Below, in pieces: positions 50,719 through 63,310 of a DNA stretch of 64,000 nucleotides. The first letter of the stretch is position 1; the number at the start of each line of letters is the position of its first letter. The notes beneath the pieces are model-generated. The model saw only the letters and a list, made by a program, of their open reading frames with translations, was not told the origin of the DNA and made no database searches. The stretch comes from Eledone cirrhosa (lineage: Eukaryota), in the NCBI GenBank assembly GCA_964016885.1, contig OZ024745.1, positions 88,784,001 to 88,848,000 of the forward strand, written 5' to 3'. The translations under genes and the position numbers were made by a program.

Positions 50719-53700
50719 GGGAAGAAGACGCACGAGGTGGTAGAAGGTCATGAAATCGCTCACGTAAGTTTTGAATTTTTAACATATTTAAATCTTTTGT
50801 GAAATAACAACTCTTAGTACAAATGCTACGTAAAGCATCCGGCTTGAGCCCCAAAAAAATTTGGACCCAAAATATATAGTTATAAGGCTCAAATATTCAA
50901 ATATTCAACTTTGTATTGTGCATTGTATATTCAAAAAAGAAAACGACTATAAATGGATGAAGAAGAACCCCCCTCCTCTGTCTACACTATATAGAACAGC
51001 CAAACAACACCAATCTCACCAACACCAGAAACTAGATACACCACCTACCCCATCACCTCTTTGTGTACACTAAACACAACAGCCAGATAACGGCAATTTC
51101 ACCACCACCACAACCAATCTCAACATAATAATGATAATAATAAATACTATTATTATTGTCCCAAGTTTTAAAAAAATGTTTAATCCCAATATTAAGGGAA
51201 TTTATGTCAACACATATACGCGACTAACCCCATAGATTCACCGAACGGACATCAGTAACGACAACGCCGCCCATCCATCATTACTACCACTATCCCTTCA
51301 CCGCCGCCACCACTCCTTCATTGCTACCACCGCTACAACACCATCACTACAGTAATACGACCACATCACCACCACCACTGCCATCATTACTACCACTATC
51401 CCATCACCGCCGCCACCACTCCTTCATTGCTACCACCGCAACAACACCATCACTACAGTAATACGATCACATCACCACCACCACTGCCTCAGTATCGACA
51501 TCACAACCACCACTGTCTCAGTATCGCTACCGCCGCTATTCTCTCCCATTGCTTCCTGCTAGTTGCTGCCACCACATTATAGAATTCCTACTAAAAAAGA
51601 GGAAGGCATCAAAATATATAGATAGACTCAAAAGAAAAAAGAAAAAACAAATATCAAAACCAAAGCAGCACAGCAACAACAGCAAAAAAAGAGAAAAACA
51701 AAAACAAAAACAAAAAACGTAAAGAAAATAAGAATGAAGAGAGAAACAAGCGGACGGACAGAGAAGAGAAGGGAAAAACTAAGTCAGACATTCGAACACT
51801 ACATTACAATGAAACTTATGCTTATTCATTTTTGGGTTTTTTTCTGCCTGTGTGTTTGTTTGTTTATTTGTGTTCGTCTACAGCGTGATAGTGCCACACA
51901 AGAGCCAAGTGGAGCGGCGCAACCACCGGAGACGGTGAATCCACCGGAGACGGTGAATCCACAGATGGTTATGTAACCATACATTCGCCAATCCTCGATA
52001 AGATTGTTTAAATATCGAAACTAAACAGTTCGAATAACGGTGAAATGGAGACTAGAACGTCATGTGACAGACTCTCACCCAACAGGTGCTCCCTGGCTCA
52101 GCAGCAGGAACCTGGCTGTCAACCAAATACTGTTGGTGTCGGAGGAAGAAGAAGAAGGAAAGGGACCAGAACCAACTGGACGAAAGAATTGAATAGAACT
52201 GTTATGCAATGTTACCTGAAAAGTAACCCCAAAGAGAGGGACTATAGGAGACGGATGCATAACATCTGGAACGAGATTGGTCTATTTAAATTAGATGAAC
52301 AAAAATTGGCCGGGCAGGCTCGGGTAATAAGAACTAATGGGTGGATAAGCGAGCTGGAACTGGAGGAACTGAGCAGATAAATTAGCTTGGAGATGGAGGG
52401 TGGAGTATGCCAGGCAAACGAGCCAGTGGGGAATGAAGGTGAAGAGGTCGAGAGAACGGAGGAACCACCCGAAGCAGACAATGATCTGAATACTGAGATA
52501 AATAATAACTGGAACAGAGATACGGCCACTGAGGAGATGAATGCTGACGGGCTAGGACAAGATTCGGTTTACATCCTAAATTTAGTGGTAGATGAATTGA
52601 ACAATGATAGTGGGAGACTTATGAACCTAAGATTTGTAGACAGGAAAAAGTTAAAAGAAACAACAGCTAAGGTAAACAAAGTCATCCCATACCTTGAGGC
52701 GAGGAGCCTTCACCAGTGCAACAATATCATCAAAGCAACAGCAAATACGGTGAGGAAACTACTTGGTATAAAAGCGAGAGGAAACAACAGACAAGAAAGA
52801 GCAGAGCCTTGGTGGAAGAAACGACTGAGTGGTCAAATCAGGGAAATGAGAAATGACATTGGAAAGCTTGAGTCACTACTGAATGAGACACTAAAAAAAA
52901 TAGGCACTAAAAATAGACTGGAAATAAAGTACAAAACTAGGAGGAAAAAGCTAAATATTATCATATAGGAACTGAAGCAACGCATTGTAGCAAAGAGTGC
53001 AAAGTACAGGCGATACGAGAACAGAGTCAGTCAGTATAAACAGAACCGCATGTTCGACAACAACCAGAAGATGCTGTTTGGACAGCTTGAGGGGAAAGAA
53101 AGAGGCAACGACTTGATCCCTGAGGCGGAACAAACTAAAACATTCTGGAGAGGAATATGGGAGCAGGATGTTAGACATAATGACCAGGCAGGGTGGATTG
53201 AGACGGTACAGAGGGAGATCGGTGAGCAGGCACACCAACAAACTGATTTGAGTATCACAGTTGAAACTCTTAAGGGGCAGGCCAAAAAACTAACCAACTG
53301 GAAATCACCAGGCCCAGATGGTGTGCAGGGGTATTGGATTAAAAATTTAACATCCCTCCACCCGAAGCTGACAACCATGTTCAATGACTGCTTGATGTCA
53401 GGTGAGGTAACAGAGTGGTTGACAAAAGGTACCACAGTTCTGATAATGAAAGACCGAATCAAGGGTAATGATGTTACCAACTATAGACCTATCACATGTC
53501 TGTCCGTAATGTGGAAACTGTTGACAAGCATTATGTCGGAGGAAATCTACCATCACCTCCACACAAACAACATGATACCGGACGAACCGAAAGGATGCCG
53601 AAAGAAGTCACGTGGTACAAAGGACCAGTTACTTATTGATAAGATGGTAAAGAGGAATTGCAAGAGGAGACATACTGGTCTTGCCATGGGATGGATAGAC

Positions 53701-55514
53701 TACAGAAAGGCATTTGACATGGTGCCTCATTCTTGGATCACCAAAAGCCTGGAGATCTTCAAGGTGGCAGATAACATCAGACAGTTGCTGGGCAGGAGTA
53801 TGAGGTCCTGGGAAACAGAGTTGACATCAACTGGAGAATCCTTGGGAAGCGTGAAGATCAAGAGAGGTATCTTCCAGGGAGATAGTCTGTCCCCCTCTGT
53901 TGTTTGTCCTTGCCCTGATGCCCCTGACCATTATGCTGCGAAAAGTGAGAGCAGGATAAAAGTTGGGAAAGGGAGAGCTCACCATCAATCACCTCCTCTT
54001 CATGGACGATCTTAAGCTCTTCGGGGAGAATGAGAAGGAGTTGGATGTGCGTGTTGACACTGTCCGTATTTTCAGCAGTGATATATGTATGCAGTTTGGT
54101 ATTAGTAAGTGTGGAGTCATTGTGATGAGGAGGGGTAGGTTGAGCAGAAGTAACGGAATCCAGATACCAACAGGTGAGATGATAAAGGAAATTGACTCTG
54201 AGGAAGGATACAAGTATTTGGGCGTTCTGGAGGCTGATGGCATAAAGAACAAAAAAAATGAAGGAATTGTTAAGAACTGAATACATTCGGAGAGTAAGGA
54301 GCGTATTGAAGTCACATCTGAACAGCAGAAATGCCATAAGCGCAGTAAATTCCCGAGCTGTGTATATTATTAGGTACAGTGCGGGAATTCTGAGATGGAA
54401 TGTTGCTGAACTAAAAGAAATGGATAGGAAGACTAGGAAGCTATTGACTATCTACAACATGTTCCACAAGAGGAGTGATGTCGATAGACTCTACCTAAGG
54501 AGATCTGAGGGTGGAAGAGCTCTTATCAGCATAGAGGACTGTGTTCAGATGGAGGAAAACAACCTACACAAATACGTGACTGATAGTAAGGAGCCAATGC
54601 TCAGAACTGTACTGAAGGAGGGGACAATAGGCCAGGGGATGTCCAAGGAGGAAATAACATCAAGGAGAAAGAGCAGCCTTCAGGGAAAATCCCTTCATAG
54701 TACCTTCTTTGAGAAAACTGAATTTAGAGATCCACAGACATGGAACTGGTTGAGAAGAGGAGACCTCAAAAAGGCTACAGAAGGAATGTTAATGGCTGTG
54801 CAGGAGCAGGCCCGCAAAACGAAGTGGTTGAAACACCATATTTACAAGGAGGAGGCTAGCCCACTGTGCAGGATCTGTGGAGAGAGAGAGGAGACTGTGG
54901 CTCACATTGTATCCGAGTGTAAACACCTAGCCCAGACCCACTAGAAGGGCTGGAGACAGGATGTGATGGGCAGGGTGATCCACTGGCACCTGTGCAAAGT
55001 AAACAATTTACCACATTCTGAGAAATGGTATGAGCATAAGCCAGAGGCGGTGATGGAGAACGATCAGGTGAAGGTGCTGTGGGATTTTAGGATACAGACG
55101 GACAAGAAACTGGAACACAATAGACCTGACCTGGTGGTTGTGGACAAAGAAAAAAGATCGTGTCTGATTGTGGATGTGGCCTGCCCATTCGACACGAGAG
55201 TGCAAGAGAAGGAGAGGGAGAAAATTAACCGATACCAGGACTTAAAGTGGGAGATAAAAAGGATTTGGAACTGCCATGAAGTCAAAGTGATCACGATTGT
55301 CATGGGCACACTGGGGACTATCTCAAAAAGTTTCCAGGGATGGTTAAAGAAAATCGGCCCCTTCACGCTTTTTGGAACGCTTCAAAAGGCATGCTTGCTG
55401 GGAACAGCAAGAACCCTCCGATACGTCCTGAATATCTGAGGCTGCAGGTAGTGGCTTGATATTCATTCCAACGGACTTTCCAGTTAACTAACATCAATGA
55501 CTGAGATTCAAGGA
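50719..55514 (+). mobile_element. Full-length R4/Dong-type element, degenerate
   Basis: 5' end GGGAAGAAGACGCACG as at 34756; ORF fragments 52045-55439. Confidence 0.93.
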
Positions 55515-55552
55515 ATAATAATAATAATAATAATCATAATAATAATAATAAT

Positions 55553-55861
55553 TGAGAACTAAAACAATACCAGTGGTTGTAGGCGCTCTAGGAATGATAC
55601 CGAAGGGGTCTAATGATTACTTATCGCAAATCCCAGGAAACCCGCGTATAGGAGAAATATAAAAGATAGTACTAATGGGAACTGCCCATATACTAAGGAA
55701 GATTCTGTCAATATAAGTACATCACAAGTCTAAACACCTAAAGATGCATGTGTGAGTATGTATGTTCTTTCTTGAACATGGCGGACCTTGTTGTCTCTTG
55801 AGGTCACTGGTTGTGACTTGGTGATAACTCGTATGAACATAAAGCAAGATAAATGCAGCTA
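55553..55861 (+). mobile_element. 3' stub of a second Dong-like family
   Basis: RTKTIPVVVGALGMIPK...GTAHILRKILSI* is homologous to the Dong C-terminus; own 3'UTR; (AAT)n tail. Confidence 0.85.
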
Positions 55862-55879
55862 TAATAATAATAATAATAA

Positions 55880-57001
55880 TGATTTCATTTATTAGCCACA
55901 AGGGCCGACATGTAGGGGACAACAGAAAGACAGGGACAGTGGGGGTTTACAATAAGGTCTAGTAAAAGTGCTCAATGGCAAGACTAATTTAACAATGAAG
56001 ATATAAAAATAGAAAATAAACTATGCATAAATATAGCAAAATACATTCCCCGATAGGGGCTGAACGACCCTGGGGTGACTCGGGTACCCCACCAATCTTG
56101 AACCACCCTGCGCTTCTAGGGCACCCAGGGAGAGCACCCCTCTCCTCAAGTTAGCTAGCCTATAGGCGCATGGTCAGAGTAGGCCCATTCACACGAGCCA
56201 TTCTCGCCACATTCACCCACCTTTTAGCAGGTACTGGGGGGCACCACTTCTCTCTCCACCCTCACCTTCCTTTCCAGATGTAATTTGAAGAAGTTGATGA
56301 GGGATTGGCCGAAGAGAAAAGTGTCTGTATTTAGTCCTTTCAACCTGGTCCACCATATAATCTCTTTCGCAACTGCCACCAGACATAGGAAAATTTCCTG
56401 CTCTTCCTGACCTAAGGAAAGCGGTGGATCGATCTTCACTATGGACTCGGCCGATAGCCGGATTCGTTCCACACGACACAGTAGCTGTTCGACATAACTC
56501 CACATGTCAGTAATGCACGGACATTGGACAAGTGCGTGCAGAACGGTTTCGTCGTTCTGTGCGATCTTGGGCAGGTCCGTCTGACAGCACTTCCGTGCCT
56601 GTAGAGTTATCCCGAACCGGCAGTGCCCCCTGTAGCACTGCCAAGCGAGGGATTTCTGGAAATTGTCCATCGTCCCCGGCTCAAAAGTCCTCCGGTACAG
56701 ACTTGTCAGTTCGACTTTGTCGAGGCCCAAAGCTTCTCCGAGTGCGTCATCGCAGTTGCCCACCACTAATCCTCTATAGAACTCGAGAGTGGAAGTTCCA
56801 CTGATCGCATTGCCCGCCTGGTAGAGGGCAGTGAGTGCCTGGCAACAGTCCAGGTGCCAGTCACCCAGTCTCGGTCTCTTCATGACCCAGGACTGCAGCT
56901 CAGTCAAAGAAATGAGCTGCGGAAAGGCCCGTCTGATAAACGGCGACCACACCTGTTCACCGTTGAGGTAGAATATCTGGAGATGTCGCAGCCTCAACGC
57001 A
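55880..57001 (-). mobile_element. Tx1 subfamily 3, 5'-truncated
   Basis: ALRLRHL..QVWSPF..MDNFQKSLAWQCYRG..ETVLHALVQCP; distinct 3'UTR ending AATAAATGAAATCA(TTA)n. Confidence 0.88.
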
Positions 57002-57005
57002 GTAA

Positions 57006-57183
57006 TGCACATATACTAAGGAAGATTCTGTCAATATAAATACGTCACAAGTATAAACACCTAAAGATACATGTGTGAGTATGTATGTTCTTTCTTGAAC
57101 ATGGCGGACCTTGTTGTCTCTTGAGGTCACTGGTTGTGACTTGGTGATAATTCGTATGAACATAAAGGAAGATAAATGCAGCT

Positions 57184-57185
<2 letters not shown>
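57006..57185 (+). mobile_element. Shorter 3' stub of the second Dong-like family
   Basis: Matches 55683-55861. Confidence 0.85.
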
Positions 57186-57241
<56 letters not shown>

Positions 57242-57244
<3 letters not shown>

Positions 57245-60200
57245 TTTCTTTATTAACCACAATGGTTTACATAAAGTAGACATTAAGGACAGTGCAGGAC
57301 AATGCAGGACGGTACAAATGGGCATTTCTGCATGTAAAAAACAAAAACAGAGGATGTAACAAAAAATAACAATGAAAAATTCCCCAATAGGGGGGAGACT
57401 TCGGAAGGACATTTGTGGAGAAAGCCCAGTAAAAAGCCACAATGACCCTGACCACCAAGGCAAGTGCCCTCTCCCAGTTTTCCACCTCTAATTTACAGAT
57501 ATATACTCAGAGTAGGCCCATTCACTCGGGCCATTCTTGCTTCTCTCACCCATCTTTCAACAAAATGCTGGGAAGAGAGCACTTCCCTCTCTACTCTGAT
57601 TTTCCTTTTCAAATGAAATTTGAAAAAGTCAATCAGAGCATCACCGAAGAGGTAAGTGCTCGTCTTCAGCCCTTTCAAACGTGTCCACCATACTATCTCT
57701 TTCGCCATGGCCACCAGACAGATAAAAACTGCCTGCCCTTCCCGGCTAAAGGAGGAGGGCGGGGCAATCTTCACGATGGACTCAGATGATAGCCGGATCC
57801 GTCCTAAACGCGACAGCAGGTGTTCGACATAAACCCACAAGTCAGCAATTTTCGGACACTGGACGAGTGCGTGCAGGACGGTTTCGTCGCCCTGCGCGCA
57901 TCTCGGACATGCCCGGCTGACGGCACCTCCATGCCTGTAGAGTTTATCTCGAACTGGCAAGGCTCCGCGGTAGCACTGCCAGGCCAGAGATTTCTGGAAG
58001 TTGTCCATAGGCCCCGGCTCGAAAGTTCTTCCGAAGAGATTGGCTAGTTGATTTTCGTTGACGCCTAGAGTTTCCCCAAGTACGTCGTCGCTCTTCCCTT
58101 CCACTAATCCTCTATAGAACGCCGAGGTGGAGTTTCCACCGATCACATTGCCCGATTGGTCGAGGACTGTGAGCGCCTGAAGACATTCCAGTCTCCAGGC
58201 GCTCCCTCTCGGTCTTCGCTTGACCCAGAACTGCAGCTCCGTCAAGGAAACGAGCTGGGGAAATACGTGTCTAGCAAACGGCGACCACACCTGATCACCG
58301 TCGAGGAAGAGGTGGAGATGTCGTAGCCTGAGCGCGTGCCTGCACATCATCAGCCACGGCATGCCCAGCCCTCCACGTAGCGGGTGTTGACAACAGATGG
58401 ACCGCCTGACCATCGGAGCACGTCCCTTCCACAAAAAGCGAAAGAGCAAACGCTCCAGCGCAGTCAGGCGAGGCTTAGGACAAGGTACGACGGTTAGGCG
58501 GTAGCAGATGACAGACGCGATGTACGCGTTAGCCACCTCCGCTCGACCTTTCAGGGATAGCTTCCTATCCGCCCATTTCTGGGTGAGAGAAGCCACCCTG
58601 CTCGTCACCTCGTCCCAGTTTTTGTCCGTCTGGAGGTCCGGACCGAACCAGACCCCTAGCAATTTAACCGGTCCGTCCGTTCAGCGCCCGACGACGCTGT
58701 TGGACGGCATGGACCTGCCTCTCCAGGTGCCGAGCTGCAGGCCCACTGACTTTTCCTGGTTGATCATTGCTCCTGTCACCGCTTCGTATTCTCTTAGTGT
58801 AGTGCCGATCGCCTCGATGTGTTTGGCGTTCGACACCACTACGGTGACATCGTCCGCATATGCTGACACGGATCTTCCGCATCCTAGTTCGCGCGGGACT
58901 CCCCTCAACGTCTCCAGTTTGTGCAGTAATGGCTCGAGAGTCAATACGTACAAGAGGGACGAGAGGGGACATCCTTGGCGGACCGAGCGCATGATGTTGA
59001 ACGGTTCCGACAGGTGACCGTTCACTCTCACTACAGAGCAGATGTCGCTGTGCATGGCAGCGATCCAGCCTCTGAAGACGGGCCCAAAGCCAGCCGCCCT
59101 CAGGACTGCCGCTAGGTAACGATGGTCGACCCTATCGAAAGCTTTCGACTGATCTAAATTGATCAAGGACCCACCCGTGCCAGGTTCCCTAGCTACCCTC
59201 TCTACGATGTATCGCATGAGGTGGAGGTTGTCGTGGATGGATCTGTCGGGAATGGCGCATGTCTGCGCCTCTCCCACCAGACCACCAACGACAAGCGCCA
59301 ACCTCTTTGCTAGCACCTTGGCCAAAATCTTAAACTCTGTGTTTAGCAGAGTTATGGGCCGGAAATTGTCTATGTTATCCCCCTTGTTCGGATCCTTTCT
59401 CAGCAGTGCCACCGCTCCTCGGCTCACAGAACTGGGAATTCTCCCGTTCTGTTGCCAGTTGCAGTAGACGTCCGCCAAGAGGCCTCCGAACAAGTCTGGC
59501 ATCTGTACGTAAAGTTCATAGGGCAGACCATCCAAACCAGGCGATTTACCCCTTGTGCAGCCAGTCATTGCCTCCCGTACTTCAGCGGCTGTTATCGGCT
59601 TTTCGCAACACTTCGCCTCAGTGGCCGGGAGCCGCGGCAGTCCGTCGAGGTAGACACTAAAGTCCATCCCTCTACCCGGCCCCCCGCTGCCCCCGAACAG
59701 CTGAGCGAAGTGTCGCTGAAAAGCTTCACACATTTGCCCGGGATCGAGTAGCATGCGCCCGTCGTGGTCCACCAAAGACCGGATCGTGGCTTTGTTGCAC
59801 GACGCGCCTCCGCCACTCGGGCCCATTGAACGGCTTTCGTCCCCTCGTGTCTGAGAGCACGCACCCTAGCTCTGACAACGCAGCCTTCGTGCTTTGCATT
59901 GAAGAATTGGACAAGGGCCAATTTCGCCGCAAGCACGTCGGTCGCAATGCCTTTGCTAAGCGCCTCGTCTAATTTTCTAACTAGTTCTCCCTCTGCTCTA
60001 TTTTTCTCTATTGCTAAAGCCTTACTAAACCTAATCGATTCTATTCTAATCGCTCTTTTCAAAGCAAACCACCACTTGTTGTTGACGATGGCCCCCGTCA
60101 ACGCCCACTTAACTAGTTCGCTAATCCGGTCTCTGTAGGCCTTGCGCGCTGGTAAGGACGCGTTTAGCTTCCAGTAGCCGGGTCCTCGTCTATGAAGCCT

Positions 60201-63200
60201 ATCTAAGTCAAGCACACAGGTCACGAATTTGTGGTCCGTGTAGCTGACTATCTTGAATTGTGGACAGCCTATGCTAGACCTATCTATTTCCCTACAAAAT
60301 ACTCTATCTAGATATGATCTGGATGACCCAATGCGGTTTGTCCAAGTCCACATTGGCACATTCGGGAAATCCAATCGGTACCTGTCAGACAGTTCAAAAC
60401 GCCTGAGCAGGTTGGTGAGGCTCTTGCACCCTCCACCCCTATCCGCTAATCCCACACAGTCCCAGCGTGCATCTAAGATCCCGTTCCAGTCGCCCACTAA
60501 CACTAAAGAGCGGGACGTTCCAAGAAAGGTCTCCAGACGCCGGAAGAAATCAGGCCGCCCTGCTCCTGTCGGGGCATAGACGGCCACTAGCCTGAAAGCT
60601 TGCCCGTCTCCGCTGGTCACGTCCAGCACCACCAGCTTACCCTCTGGGTCCAGGAAGATGGCCCGTATGGCGAGATCCAAACCTCTCCGAAAAAGCACAG
60701 CAACTCCTCCACCCGATCCAGGACGGCTGGGAGATGCGTACACATCGTAGCCGCCGAAGATCGGTGCGAAGGCCCGTGCTTCGGAGATTCTGGTCTCGCT
60801 GATGGCCACTACATCTATGTTTAGTGACCTGAGGTCGTTGAGCAGGTGACCCTGCTTCCATGACGACCCCAAGCCACGCGCATTTATGCTGCCTATTCTG
60901 AGTGAGGTCATGTTTAAAATAGAGTGCAAAAGATGGGAAAGACCACTTACCGTACTTTTGGTAGAGGAGGGATGGTTTTTACATCCCTTTTCACTTGATC
61001 GTCTGGTGAAGGGACCGTTCAATCGTCCCTTCGGCTGGTCGTCGGCTCTTCTAAGAGAATGTCTGAATATACTCTTCGATTAATGGTTCCTCCTAGGTCC
61101 CTGAAATCACCAACTGCGTTGGGGAATTTCGTTTTAATGTTTGTGTATTGTTTCTGTGCTATTTTTAGCAGTCTTATGTTAGTTGGCGTTTTGATTGGTG
61201 CTGGTATTATGTAGTCCTGTTGTGAAATGTCTGTGTGTTCAATTATGTAAGTCATTAGTTTCTTGTTGTGTGTGTTTATTGCCGTGCATTTGTTTTTCTG
61301 GGGGTGGGGTGTGGTTCTGCTATTTTCTTGTCGTTGTTGCTGGGTGTGTGTGTTTTGTTGTTGTGTTTGCGATGTTGGTGCTTGTGGTGGTGGTGTTGAA
61401 GGTGTTGTTGGCGGTGGGGTTGTCGCCGGTGGTGATGGTGGTGCTGGTGTGGGTGGTGATGGTGTTGGTGGTGTTGCTGCTGTGGGTCTCTTTGCAGTAG
61501 ACTTTACCCTTTTCTCATTTCTTTCCTCCCTTTTCAAAGGCGACGATGCGCTGCTTCTGCGTTTGTGCCTTCTTGCGACCTTTTGCCATCCCTCTCCCAC
61601 CTCACACTCCATGTCTGATTCTGTAAGGTCGGGGAGGGGTACCAGCTCCACTCTTTCACTTGTTGTTGTTGGTGATGTTTGCACTGGAGTCTCTGTTGCA
61701 GCTGCATTTGGTATTGCTGTTGTTGTTGTTAATATTTCCACTGCTGCTGCTGTCTTTGATTTCCGTGGAGTGGGTATGGGTGCCACGGACCTATCGTTCC
61801 TGGTTGCCGCTTGTTCTGTTGCTGGTAGCCGTGGAGCCGGATTCGGAAGGAGGGGGGTTTTCTCCTTTCTCAGGGTCTTCTCGTTGCAGAAGGCCCTGAG
61901 GTGAGTCTTCGATCCACAGCGAAAGCATTTCGGGCGTTTGCCCTCAACACTTATGGGCAGTTGAGTGCCGTTAACGAAGTCTATCACATCCGGGATAGCT
62001 TCGATGCACTCCTGGTTGGTTTGGATTAGCATCTCAATGGAGGAGCCGACCCAATCTTCTCTTACTTTTTTCTGTACTTGCAGTACAGTTGTTTTGTCCT
62101 CGATTCCGACGAGGACAGACGCGGCCAGCCAAGAAGGGGTCATTCCGGGGGGGACGTGGGTCAGTTTGACCCTCACAATTTTTTGCCCGCAGTAGGAGGG
62201 CACCAACACCATTTCCTCGCTCCTTAGGGTCACTACTGATTGGGCCTTTGCCTCCTGGGGTGTGGCAAAAAGTACGTCTACGGTGGCGTATTTTTTGCCT
62301 CGGGTGATGTGCGTTTTCCTCTGCCACACAGACCCCAAGGCTTTTTGTATTTGGGCCTCTGTGGCTCTTTCCACCCTACGGGATTTTGTACTTACTGTAC
62401 GGTACGTGACCGTACAGTGCTCTTGGGTTTCGAATAAATTTTTCGCTGCCTTGCAGATTGCTCGGTGTCCATTCTTTGTCACCATCTTCTTCGCTTCCTC
62501 TAATTCCTCATTTGTTATGAGGATTGTTTCCAAGTTTTTCGCAATACCTGCAAATGAGATTGGTTTTTCTCTGCTGTTGTTGTTGTCGTCAGAGCTGCTG
62601 GTACTTTTGTTGTTGCTGCAGGTACTACGACTACTGCCTCCGCCGCTGTTGCTGTGGTTGTTGTTTGTGTTGCTGCTGCTAATGCTGTTGTTGTTTATGC
62701 TGCTGGTGATGCTGTTGCGGCTGCTACTGTTGTTTTCATTGTCACTGTTGCTGTTGTTATTACGGCTGCTACTGCTATTATTCCTGACGTCAGACGAATG
62801 AACTGGGTTTTCGTATTTCCCGCACACCTGTTTCGTCGCTGTCGTCGTCGTCGTGGAGAAACCTTGCACGCTTTGCACGAGACTTTTCTTTTCTTTCGTC
62901 GCTTGCGAAAGAGAAGGGAGGGAGAGAGACACATTTAAAGAAGGGAGGGAGAGAGACAATCTTCTCTCTGCTGTAGTGATGATTGAGGAAGAAGAAGACG
63001 GAATGAGTGGGAGTGACGTATGAAATTTCTTTTTCGTAGCCATGTTGTTTTTTGTTTAAAATGAATATTGGGTACAAAACCCCAATAACTGGTTATTTAA
63101 CCCCGAAGGGCCAAATAACGGACAGAAAGACCCCTCTCACGAGGAGGAGGATGTCTTTATCAACAATTTGGTTCAAGTTTTAAACTATTTACAATTGTTT

Positions 63201-63257
63201 TAACGGTTAAAAATTACTATACCTTACAGAGCCGAACCTCCGTCAACCATGGCATTC
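57242..63257 (-). mobile_element. Full-length Tx1 copy C (nearly intact ORF1, broken ORF2)
   Basis: ORF2 frameshift near 59797 and stop at 58681; ORF1 open for 674 aa. Confidence 0.95.
61019..63043 (-). CDS. Tx1 ORF1 nucleic-acid-binding protein (Asn/Ser tract, CCHC knuckle, Pro/Thr tract)
   Basis: CFRCGSKTHLRAFC = CX2CX4HX4C; stops 24 codons earlier than copies A and B. Confidence 0.88.
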   Translation of the reverse strand: MATKKKFHTSLPLIPSSSSSIITTAERRLSLSLPSLNVSLSLPSLSQATKEKKSLVQSVQGFSTTTTTATKQVCGKYENPVHSSDVRNNSSSSRNNNSNSDNENNSSSRNSITSSINNNSISSSNTNNNHSNSGGGSSRSTCSNNKSTSSSDDNNNSREKPISFAGIAKNLETILITNEELEEAKKMVTKNGHRAICKAAKNLFETQEHCTVTYRTVSTKSRRVERATEAQIQKALGSVWQRKTHITRGKKYATVDVLFATPQEAKAQSVVTLRSEEMVLVPSYCGQKIVRVKLTHVPPGMTPSWLAASVLVGIEDKTTVLQVQKKVREDWVGSSIEMLIQTNQECIEAIPDVIDFVNGTQLPISVEGKRPKCFRCGSKTHLRAFCNEKTLRKEKTPLLPNPAPRLPATEQAATRNDRSVAPIPTPRKSKTAAAVEILTTTTAIPNAAATETPVQTSPTTTSERVELVPLPDLTESDMECEVGEGWQKVARRHKRRSSASSPLKREERNEKRVKSTAKRPTAATPPTPSPPTPAPPSPPATTPPPTTPSTPPPQAPTSQTQQQNTHTQQQRQENSRTTPHPQKNKCTAINTHNKKLMTYIIEHTDISQQDYIIPAPIKTPTNIRLLKIAQKQYTNIKTKFPNAVGDFRDLGGTINRRVYSDILLEEPTTSRRDD

Positions 63258-63307
<50 letters not shown>

Positions 63308-63310
<3 letters not shown>

